From Glycera tridactyla (taxonomy: Eukaryota): a stretch of 64,000 nucleotides of DNA. The stretch spans positions 66,836,001 through 66,900,000 of the forward strand of contig OZ286475.1 of NCBI GenBank assembly GCA_965644265.1. The letters are read 5' to 3'. Both the position numbers and the translations under genes were made by a program. Positions 30,740 through 42,900 of the stretch are shown piece after piece (within the stretch, counting starts at the first letter, position 1; the number at the start of each line of letters is the position of its first letter). The notes under the pieces were generated by a model. It was not told where the DNA came from, searched no databases, and saw only the letters and a program-made list of their open reading frames with translations.

Positions 30740-33074
30740 GCACCAAAAAGTGGCCTTTATAGGGGGGTGATCTTTGTTGAGATCATTTACTGTAAAATAT
30801 ACTACCATACTCGCAGTTCAGGGCGGTCTTTATAGGTAGGTGGTCTTTAGAGCAGGTTCAACTATTCGCATTTCTAGTAGCTATCAGTTAGCAGTTGGGG
30901 TTTCCTAGTCCACAAAATCTCCTCTGATCAGGGTTCTGGGCTGTGAGCCAATAATTTTTCATGTCAGCTACGGTACTTCCACCTGACAACCTTTCAGACA
31001 ACCTCAAGCGAACAGAAATACCCCGCTTTTTCGAGAGGGGTATAAAACAAGATACAGGAGACATAACAATAACAAATGAGTAGTATTCATTTTTATATTT
31101 ATTTATGACACCATTGACATTTGTACATTATACATCTACAATACCCCGACACAAAGACAGATTTCTGTAAAGAATGAATCCTTCCTGTCATAGAAGTCAC
31201 AAGTACACAGGACTTTCTTAAAAATCCCTTCTGCCGCAGAGGCAAAAAATACATCAAACTTCATGAAAACAAAAAAAATATTTCACTTTCAATTTTATAA
31301 CAAAAACTGTAGCATACTGCTTAGAAAAAATTGTTAGAACACGTCCTCTGAACCAATGATGCTTCGATTTTGCTGAAATGGAGCCCTTAAATTTGGGGAA
31401 AGAGAGGCATTTCTTCAAAGGATGTCCCAAAATGGAATGTCGGACAACTCGTAACCGAGACCGCTCGTACCCAGGAAGTGAGACCGGTCGTACCCAGTAC
31501 TCGGAACCACTTGTACTAGCGGCGATCACAGGCTCACAGGGAGGTTGATTGTCACCTTGCGGTCTCGTGATTCCCGTACACAGAGCTCAGTATTGTTGAC
31601 AATGTTCATTTCAGCAATGTTTCCAGCGATGAAATTCGATAAAACTTCACATACCTACTGAAATACTTGATGACAACAATCAGTGACAATTGCTGAAATT
31701 AGCAATACCCAGACGGCTGGAAATACCCGCCCGGCGATTGAGGGTTCCCGGGCAGGCTAATTGACACCTTGCGGTCTCCCAATCCCCGTGCTCAGGTTCT
31801 GAGTGGTCCCGGCGATATGCGGGGTACGAGCGGTCTTGGTTACAATCTGTCCTGATACCCCCAAAATGGGTTCACTTGACAAGGCATACTGAACCCCCGC
31901 TGTGAATTCGACGGGCATCATGGCCCCTAATGGCCTGGAAAAGGGGCGCACACACTGGGAAAATGTTCCAACATGAGGACTCAATTGCTAACAATACAAG
32001 AGTCACTTCTTTCATTTTGTTTATTTATTCATCAATTTGTTGTTGCCCGGCTGAAGTGTGCGATCGATTATATGTACCTGGGCAGAATCTGGCTCATAGG
32101 GGGCGCCTTAACTTATGCTCATGGGCCCCGTCATAACACATGAGTATACTGACAGCCACCTTGTGGATAGTTTGCACACTACTAGTTCCAGCCTTTGCTG
32201 CTACATGGCAGCTCAGCTATTTTTCAGCACTTTTGCTTTGCATCAAGTCATTCTTGTTTGTGTTTGCGCATGAAATTGTTCATATGTATTTGCATAAGCC
32301 CATTGACTCATGGGGGTCTGTTGTAAATATGTCTAATACCGGGTAAAACTTATGCAATGAAAGTTCGTTATACTCTATTCAAGAGGACTGGCATGGAGAA
32401 TTTGTGAGGCAAAAGGCCCATGTAATACCTGAGACGATCCTCAAAATGGCCGAGTCCAGCTCTCCTGATACACAAGTGTTGTCTTGTCTTTATTATATAA
32501 CCACAATTCTTTTTACAAATGGCAAAGACATGAAGAGGCACTACTTTCTGCCCACTAGCTACTGAACTGACAATGATAATGACAATTTTGATGTAAACGT
32601 CATGAAACAAAGCCACTTGTCCTTCACATGACCAAGACCACTAAAAGAGTGGTCAAAACGTTGTTGAACGTCTCATAATATTGTTCCAAAGTAGGTCGTT
32701 ACTTTAATCATGGGTCGTCTTGCAACCCAGAACAACATATTAGCAACATATTCTATATTATGAACATTACTGATCAAATGGACGAGTCAAATAAATTATC
32801 TAAAACACGTAATTCACTTCACCGTTTCTATTAGGACATGTAAAGTAGAAGACGCTAGAACAATTCACATTCATTCAATAAAATACTTTTAAGAAAACAG
32901 TACATGCTATACACGTGTTTATTCCCTTCAAATGTGATGAATTACACAATGCGCACCCATGTATGTGACACACGCACATGCCTGCAGTTATACACACACA
33001 CACACACATACACCCCCTCCCCCCCCCACACACACACAATATACATAGGCAGATTACCGCATATTGTCATACAT

Positions 33075-33561
33075 CAGTGATGAAAGTCTTCCGGAGATCT
33101 CCGGAATTCCGGAGATGACCTAATGATATTGATGTTCTCCGGAAATCAGAATTGGCTCTTTGTATTTATAAGAGTCAGTTTGTTTTTGTTGATGGGAGGC
33201 CAGGAGGGCTAATCTTGCCCCCAAATTTGAATGGTAGATGGTATTTGATTACCACCCACAACTAACATTGCTGGTCAGCTTCTGTCTTGGAGGTCAAACA
33301 GATATTTGAAGTAGTGGCAACAAATTTTTTCGTAGGTGTGAAATTCATATGGACCTTGAAACATACATTTCTGTTTCCTCTAGTGTCATGTTTTCTTATT
33401 TTCAGTTAGTGTTCAAAACATATTCCAGGAAAGAGATAATAATGGTAGTATCTGCATGATATTATCACTGTAACAAACGCGCCCAGTGAAAATTCGTGAA
33501 TCCTGCAAAATGGGTTCACGCACTTTTCAGGAAATTTGGTCATGGGCCACTTTCATCACTG
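33075..33561. mobile_element. hAT-like MITE
   Basis: Perfect 13-bp TIR CAGTGATGAAAGT / ACTTTCATCACTG; TSD not clean because another MITE sits in the right flank. Confidence 0.65.
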
Positions 33562-33567
33562 TACATA

Positions 33568-33743
33568 CAGTCTAATCTGTACTAAGCAGCCACTGTACTA
33601 AGCTGCAAACTACCCTAAGCAGCCACTCTTGAATTTCCTGTGGGAGGTTTTCCCACTATAATTAACTGCTCTAAGCAGCCATCTGCCCTAAGCAGCCACA
33701 TTTTGCCTTCCTGAAGGGTGGCTGCTTAGGACAGGTTTGACTG
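33568..33743. mobile_element. Tc1/mariner-type MITE, same family as 26386-26544
   Basis: TA|CAGTCTAATCTG...CAGGTTTGACTG|TA. Confidence 0.85.
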
Positions 33744-34144
33744 TACAACCATACCCAATTGGACGCTCCCCTCCTCTCGTACTCACTTTCAGAGTGATGA
33801 AATGCACAATAGAAGCGTGGAGAAAGATGACAGTTCATGTTGTGAGTTCTGGTGGTCAGACACAGCTAATGATGGCAAAACCCTCAGATGGTTATACCAA
33901 CAGAGTAGTTCCATCAAATTTTCGATGAAAATGTGATTGCCTCAGAAACAGTCATCAACAAGGCAAAAAATACTGCCCCTTCAGTGTAGACACTCACAGA
34001 GCATAAAAATGTAACATAAGTGTTGGGTAGTACCCGTAGTACCCGCTGTTGATGCACAAGTGGCCTTTATAGACAGGTTCAACTGTATATTCGACAAAAC
34101 ATGGTAAGGTATCTCTTCATTTGCACAAGATACACACGCACAGA

Positions 34145-34152
34145 CCCACACA

Positions 34153-34192
<40 letters not shown>
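34145..34192 (+). repeat. (AC)n microsatellite
   Basis: Direct inspection. Confidence 0.95.
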
Positions 34193-34196
<4 letters not shown>

Positions 34197-36879
34197 TGCC
34201 TACACATCCCTGTCACAAAGTCTAAATCACAATGAAAAATATATATATATTCATTAAACAAACATCTAGTTCTTTACAAAGTTTTTCAAGGAAATATTTA
34301 TATGAGAATGGTATATTACAATAGTAAAGTATGTATTTTACAGCAGTTTCTCATTCAAATAAACATATAAAAAGGACAGATTCGACATAAAATCCCGCTA
34401 GGACTCCGAGTAGCATATGGGCACTAGCAGAGTCATCTTTTTTCAAGGTTTACATCACTGTACTATAAAAAGTACATCAGAACGGTCACCCTGGTAACTT
34501 GGTACAAAACTGTTTGAGTTAGAGTGAGAACCATCAGGAAAATCTATCCACAGGGCAATTGATTGATTGATTGATTTGACTTTAACTGCATGTATCAAAC
34601 CAAAGGATTATCTATGCAAGGTGTTCTTGATCCAAAAAAGCTATGTGCTCTGTCCCTGCATCACAAACCCTGAACACAAGATTATGGGAAAGCTTTGTTT
34701 GTTGGGTGTTCTGTCCCCTGCAGACATCACTCTCACACACCCTGAAGTTTTGAACACAAGATCATGGGGAACCTGAAAGGTCGCCAAATGGAAGTAGACA
34801 GTTCAGACGCACTTATACCCATTTAGCTTCAAAATAAACTGTGCCCCATGCTTGCTATACAATGACATCACACTTGCGAGTAACTTATCCCATACAACTG
34901 AATCTTGCTCGATATATCTTGATTTTTTGACGACATGAAAAGAGTTTGAAATGGATATATGCATCTCAAGTTTTTCAAGTTCAATTCACCTTGACAATAT
35001 TACCCATTTTATCATCATATTGCCAAATATTATGAACTCTTTCACACTACACCAAAAGTTGACTGCATTCACACAAGACTCATCGATTTTTACCAAATTC
35101 TCCCCACAAAGACGTCCCAAAAGAGGATCCCCTTACTAATCGATGACATACTATGACTATAACATGATGTATGCTGTTCGTGCCAAAATTCTGTCATTGT
35201 CATTCAAAATGGTCGGGAAATGTTTTTCTGGAAATGAACCCCGAAAGTTGGACCTGACAACAGCGCTCGATGCTAAGGATTGCCCTACTGGCACAGGTAG
35301 GCAGAATGACTCCTAGGGCAGGTGAATTGATAAGGGTACCTGCCCTATGGGCAGGTTTGTAACCATGATTCTATGAAGGGCTGGTGGAAATTCCACCCAA
35401 CCTGCCCTCACATGCCTTCCAAAATCTTAGTGTCATCTCTGCATTGGTGATGACTATTCAAATAGAGCAGGTCGAATGAAACCCATGACAAGAAACCCCC
35501 TGATGACAGACCACCTTAGAGAGGGGACAGCTTTTTTTATATATATAGCAGTCTTCAAATTTAGCCTCTCTCCAAAATCCTGGGGAGTGTGAACTTTCCA
35601 GTTGATCAGAAAGTCATGAATTTTCTTGCTCTCAAATATCTTGCTCTCAAGCTTTGAGCTTTTTCTTGCACTTTTTGACCAATCCAGGAGTGAATTTATC
35701 TTCCTGAGAGTGATTTTTCAGTCCGGACAGGAGTGGCTGGAAAAGTGTCTTGTGAAGACTGTATAGTCAAATATACCTCCAACATAAGACCTGCTCTTTT
35801 CAAGACCACATTTTGATGACATTTATAGTGAGTGGTCTCTCTTCAAAGATTTAACTGTAGTAAGGTGAAGTGAGAAAGAAAAAACAAAAACATCTGCAAC
35901 ACAGTTGCCTTTCGCACAACCATTCACGGAGAATTCTCGCTAATACGAACAATATTGATAGAAAACATGAGCATGCATACAGTTGGTAACAACACCCATC
36001 GCGTCATATGTACATGAGAAAAAACAAAGAGGACTTTACAATTTACAAATACATCCTCGAAAAATTGGCTTACTGACAAGTCTCTCATACCCGGACCAAA
36101 TTCTCACTCATATTTTCACACATCAACACAGAATGAAAGTTTGGATATTGCGTATCACGCCAGAGATTTTCCGATGGAAAAACTACATGTTTTCATAAGA
36201 GATATTGCAATGGAAAAACGTCATGCCCTTATAAGAGATATTTTGACGGAAAAACTTCATGTGCTCATGAACGACTTGTGGGTGCCCAGAGCAAAAGACA
36301 ATCTCTAGTTTCTAATGCACGAATGGAGAGAAGCATGTGTCACAAAAAGGTCAACTCACTGTAGGAAACAAACTATAGCTCAATGAAAAATGTTGTATTG
36401 AAGGGTACCTTTAATATGGTGAGCAAGCCCTATAGGATTTGATCATGCTATACTGTGCTATGCATTCAATATAGCCTGTGTGAGGAAAGTGGGGGACATG
36501 CCTGCAGCAAAAGTTCAGTGACTGGTTGCCAATCTGCGGTAGCATCTCAACAAACACCTTGTTGCGGCGACTTGGTTGTGTTCTTGATTATGCATCAGAC
36601 ATGTGATATGAAAAGCTTTGCACACACATGTATTCCTGCTTTTATACCACAATTACACTTCAAACTGGCTGTCGCACTCACAGCCAATCATTTCACAGCT
36701 GCCTCCACCGTGACCGCCATCTAGTGTCTAAAGTGCATTCTTGCTTTTATACCACAAATAAAATCCTGATGATGAACATCGAGTCTGTTTCACAGACTGT
36801 TCCTCCGCCACCATGTTGATGTCTACCAATCGAATTTGACAGTCGTTGATTCGCCATTACGAAAGCGAGCTGACAGGAT

Positions 36880-36981
36880 CTATGCTCGATTGAGTGGCGA
36901 ATAGTGATTATTGTGATTGTTCAATTTCATCCATGGCGAACCGTTTTGATCGTTGTTATTGTAGTACATGTTGTATCTAGG
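36880..36981 (-). CDS. Membrane-protein gene, last coding exon
   Basis: Acceptor tttttttctgttttcag|CCT, phase 0; PRYNMYYNNNDQNGSPWMKLNNHNNHYSPLNRA*. Confidence 0.7.
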   Translation of the reverse strand, partial: PRYNMYYNNNDQNGSPWMKLNNHNNHYSPLNRA

Positions 36982-39900
36982 CTGAAAACAGAAAAAAATT
37001 GATACAAATCAATGAATGGAGTTGAATTGTGAGTCGCAACCAAATATATTATCAATGCTAGGATTTCCAGGGCTTGATTTTGCCCGAAATTATCAAAAAC
37101 AAGGCGGACCTCTTATCAAACAATATCTAGGAGCCAATTCAGAATTTTGGTAGTCAATGTGCCAATTACTTATAATTCCAGGAACCAAATGACTCCTAAC
37201 TTGGAATTTTTGGTAGCCTGGGTTGAGATTTGATAGCAACTAAAAACCCACGAGTAGCAATATCAAGATCTGTAGGATATCCCTGTCTTCATTTAGCCAG
37301 ATCGGCTAATGTGTTGTCAATTGCTTAGCCAAATTAGAAGAGTTTTAGCTACTGACTAATCACTAGTACTGATGCAGCTGCAAAGAATTCATGCTTCTCA
37401 ATCATATTTCCTCTTTCGGTGGCCAACAAATGGGTTACCCTTTTCAAAACAGCATTCTCTTACAATCAATTCCATGTAATTCGTTTTATGTGATTTTATG
37501 GGCAAAAACATTAGCAAGGCATATTTTCCAAAGATAAATGTGCACCAATGAACTTCACTGAAGACAAACAAGTGCAATGAAAGATAGCAGCAGATTTAAC
37601 TAATGTTATATCAAACAAGAAATGGAAACAAAAAACCATTAATTATCTCCAGAGTTTCATATTCTACTGGGTCAGAGCTTGATGGTTTTCATAAGATTCA
37701 TGAGTCACTGGTACTTGAAAAGACCAGTAGGAAATCAATCGTCTGACAAAACGCGTAGTGAATACAGTGAAACCTGCGACGAGAAACCCCGACGAGAGCC
37801 CACCTCCGACGGGAGACCGCTTTTCCAGGAGAGCTTTTCTATTTGACATAGTCAAATATACCTCTGACGAGAGACCACCTCTTTTGAGAGACCGCTTTTA
37901 GGTGACATTCAGGGCGGTCTCTTGTCGCAGGTTTCACTGTATTCAAATCTGAATCACCATGGACCAGATTTTTCATATAACTGGGACTAAATCTGGCTGA
38001 AGACAAATTTCTTCTTCTCAATCACACTCGAATTTATATGTGTATAGGCAATAACAGCGATCATTGGCACTTTTAATTCTAAAAGACAGTGAGACTGTGA
38101 TGAGAGACCCACGACAAGACCACCTCTGATGTGAGACCACTCCAGGGAAGGTTTTTTATTTGCCATATTCAAGTACATATACAGTATGTGTATGTGAGAG
38201 ACCTAATCTCTTCACTTTTTTATGACATTTGGGCTGGTCTCATCACAGATTTCACTGCATAACAATAACCCCCATATGTAAGATATCTACACTACAATTT
38301 ATTATATTCGTGTTGACCTTTGACCTTGAATATAATCAGTAGATAGCTATGGAATATGAAAATGAAGTAATGTGAAAATCGTTTAACTCCTAGTCTAACC
38401 CCTAGTTGAATAAAAATGATGATGATGATGCTACGGAGTAGCAGTGCAGTTATTCGCATCAAAATGATAACAAAAAAACCTTGATTCAATAGAGTTGCAT
38501 CACTCATGAAATGTGAAAGTTTGGCCTAAAAAGAGTATTGATTACTGCAGAATGTTATTGGTTAATCGTTTGCATATTGGCTAAATAATGTAAAACACAT
38601 GTCACTGCCAGAGTGAAAAAAAATCAACTATTTCCTCATTGAGAAACTCATTGGTTTGATCCAATATAGCATTAAATGATATAATGAGATATCTTTACTT
38701 TAAGATTATATAAAGGTCGAAGGTCAACATGACAAAGGCAATTATATTCCCCTCTACTCCATCAGAAGTTTGTACAAATCAATTATGTATTACTACACAG
38801 ATCATTACAACCTGTTGAATTTGACCTTGAAAAAAGTAGTCCCTGGATCTTTCCAAGTGTCGGAGCGCATCTTGTGCAGAAATCAAAGGTCAAATTCAGC
38901 AGGGTAAATAATGATCACTACGCAGATTGTTACATTGTTCTCAGCCACAATAATTGTAAGGACTACTTACTCACACCGTACGTACGAGCCGACCGTCACA
39001 TTGATTTATGATTTTATGAAGAAAATGTATTTCAATGGGCGAAGACGGATTCCTATTTTCTCTGCTCCCTTGGGTGCAAAATCATTGTTTATAATTTTAC
39101 TAAGTTGATGAAACTATGATTGATTCCTATTTCCTCAGCAATTGTATTACTCATTATCATTTCATTTTAATCAACTGACCAAATTGCCAAAACCTGAATC
39201 ATGTAGAGCTGATTTATTTTATCAAATTGTGTTTTGGTTCCACTGAATGATTCATCCAAGTTCTGAGCTTCATTTACTCATACAGATAAAATCAAAAATG
39301 TGCAGCTCTTGAACTCAATTTCGAAAGATTTAGTTAGTGGTTTGTTTGTTTGTTTGAGGTTTACCGGCATAGATCAACCTAGAAGATTATGTATGTTGTA
39401 TGTTCCTGGTCAGTGAAAGCTAGATGTTCTCTCCCCTGCAGACATCACTCTCACAGACCCTGAACACGAGATGGACTGAAAGTGAGAACAAATGATTATT
39501 GAATAAGATCACTATACTTCACTCAATTTGTTGATCTTTCACAGTTTATTGCCCCTTCCTGCAATGTCTAAGTTGTTCTGGTAGTGAAAGGTAGATGATG
39601 GACCAAATTTAACCAGAAACCTATCGTTGATTGCAAAAATGCACGGTCGATGTGATCAGCGCAAATAATATTCACTTCAGACAGCAGGTATCCAGGAAAT
39701 GCTTCGATTGCCGTTTTATTTACCTACAACTGGGATGACATGGATATGTCACATCCTGATTGCATCACTACAAGAATGACCTATTCAGCCCAGTGCATGA
39801 GCAGAGGTCAGGACATTTGAACTGTGGTGCCAATTTTCCGAAAATTTCAGAATTCTGAAAATTGGGTGAAAAGTAATAGTTTCAGAAACTGCTTAAATCT

Positions 39901-42900
39901 GCTAAGGAGTTTCAAAACAAATACTTTTGATAATATGTGGGGCTGGTTTCAGGAAATGTTTCCATATTTCCGAAAATTCAGCTTCATATCATTGGCACCA
40001 CTGTTTGAATAATCTACTCATATCAATATGCCACTCTCGAAGATGCATCATTAGTGATTCCGACCAATCATTGGTTTGTTTAATATAAGGAATCATCTAT
40101 TGTTTGAATGATACTGACCATCAGTGTCTGAGGTTCATGGCCACTGTGTCACTCAGTGATCAGTTCATCTTGCCTCCACTAGCTGGCGCTGCATCTGAGT
40201 TATCAGTGGTCTCCACAAGGTGGCACTGCTTCAAAATTATTAGTTCATGTGACCATCACTTGGTGGCACTGCTTCGTGCTGATCAGTTCCTGAGGCCTCC
40301 ACTTGGGATATTGCTAGTAGCTGATTGGTTAATCTGACCTCCACATGGTGGCACTGCTCTCATGTAGTTCATATCGCCTCCACTTGGTGGCACTGCTTCA
40401 ATGTGACAGATGGTGCTCACAGGACGTAAAATAAACATTACACATATATTTCTTTGAATGCTGTGTTTTGAATAATGAATGCCTGCTTTGTATATATGCT
40501 TATAAGAGTGTGAGATACAATGAAGCATTTTGAATTAGAATATGTGTTCCCACACGCTTATTGTCTCGATAAAAATTATTCACCATGATCACATCGATGG
40601 CAGAGATTTGTGACTGATATTCACATTTTATTTCAACCAATCATCGAATTTGGTCGATCATCCATATAATCTATAAGTGGAACCTCCTGCTACAAATCAG
40701 GATGAAGAAAGGTCTTGCTGAAACGGTTCCGAGGCTTGAGCCAGATTATGAAGCTCTGAAACTTATCGTAAAAGCAAAGGGAAGGTTTTCGACCCCAAAG
40801 GCCTACATTGCTAAAAAGGGATTTATGACGCATCCACATATTAGCAAGATGGGTCCCAAGCTGCTTTCCTTAAAAAGGTCTCTGGCAAGCATGGGAAGGG
40901 ATGGCATCTCACTTCACTTAATATAGAATTGTAGAAAGTTCCTGATTTGAGTCATATAAATTGTGTACCCCCCCCCCCCCCCCCCAAAAAAAAAAGGAAG
41001 AAGGAATTGTTTGTTGTTTGGAAAAATGGAAAGCTCTTCAGAATATTAAAATTATCAAAATCAATCCGAGGTGAATTTGGACAGTGTGACATCGGGTGCA
41101 ACCCCTGTTGTTACCCTAGAGATGGAACAACATGGGCCACTATTCAAAATGATGGAGAGCATAAAATAGCAGAGTTTACAAAATCCACCTCTTTTGGCTT
41201 CAAATAAGATGTCTTCCAACTTAATTTGATAGGACCTTTCTTTGTAGCATGACATCCCCGCATGGAGCCAATAGTTCAGCTCATAACTGCTCAAATACTT
41301 AATTTTTGAAAATTGTTTTTTGGGTGGGATGGTTATATGCCGTTGTCCAGAACTGGCCGACAGGGCAGGAAATTATCATGTTTCTAAATACCTCTGTTTC
41401 ATACCATTTGTGTGTATTCAGCACTATGATCAGCATATACTGATATTCATACAGTGATCGATTACTGAGCAATGTTGAGAGAATTTCGTACAAATATAAA
41501 AGTCTCGCGGGCAGGCCCATTTGATAGAACCTGCGAGCAGTTAACACCTCTCTTGGGCAACCACTTTTCCGTGGTGAGTAGGGTGGTTATTCGTGACATG
41601 TCTCACTGCAGGAATCCTGCCATGATGAAAAAGCTTTCAGCAAATAATTATTGCGAAATGGAAATAATTTCATCAATTAAGAAAGCATTGTGTTAGAATA
41701 ACGAAGCGCTTCATTGAATCATTTCACCAAAATGAAAAATCAATGGCATCCCATTTCAAATTGATATCTACTGAATTTAACAAATGAAATAAGTAAAACA
41801 TTCATCTATGTACTATACGTCACAATTTCTACCATCACCACTGAAAATTACTTCCCAAATTTATCTTTGCAAATTCAATTGTTCTTTAGGATTTGACTTT
41901 AATGATCGACTATAGCTGAAATGCTAATCTATGAAGGGAATCCCGCACTGTATTCCACACGTCTGGCATCCTGTCGAGAATATCATCTTTATTCTGCCCA
42001 ATCAATATAGCTAAAGTTACTCAAAGATGACTTGCAATAATTCTATGCAAATCTGCCAAATTGAGTTCTTGACTGGTAACAAAAATCAACTCAAATTACC
42101 AATTCTCCTTACCCATAAAATAATGTATTTCATGTGCAGAAACCGGCAACAGTGCTGACCATTAGCCACTTAGCCAGGGCTTGATAATTTTCTCATCTGA
42201 TTAAAGGGACTGTCGAGTATGAATCAAACTGGCTAGAATGGATCATATTCAGGGACTGTAATAAAGACAAAATAGAACTCGCATCCAGTAGCGAGTAGTT
42301 CATCAAATTCGTGGCGGCAGGCATAGGTTATCACTTGTGCTACACACTCGTGGTATTCCCATGCTTGCCTCCACTTAGTTGATAAACGACGCGTTACTGG
42401 AGGCTTGCGCAGTTCTGTCCAAGTATCCCCTTTTATCACATCGATGTGCCATTTTCAGTGAAGTATCAGGTGTTTAGTATTGTGTGTGATACTTCACAGC
42501 TGGATGAGGACTGTTTTTTGATGATTTCTCCCCTAATCCATGTGATAAAAGCAAGACTATATGACCGTGAGGCAAAAACGCAATACCAAACTCGGTGTGA
42601 ATTTCTCCGGATGTCACTCGGCCTTCGGCCTCCGGACATCCAGTGAAATTCACACCTTGTTTGGTATTGCGTGTTTACTTCACGGCCATATAGTCTTGCT
42701 ATAATACAGCTCATGTACTCATGAGAAATTTATGTTTCATCATAAGGAGGCCTGTGAGTCTGATATCTCCTGAATGTAACTCAGTAAACCAATTTGAAAT
42801 GAGAATGAATGCAGAATTGAATTATTATCTTTGTATGTAGGGCTAAAGCATGGATAATTTGGCTGAATATGTAATTATTGATCGTAAGTCTTTTCACTTA

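Noticed and set aside
31098-31103. AATAAA on the minus strand as the poly(A) signal of the membrane-protein gene
   Set aside because: It implies a ~5.8-kb 3' UTR containing several TEs; possible, but such hexamers are common in AT-rich DNA.
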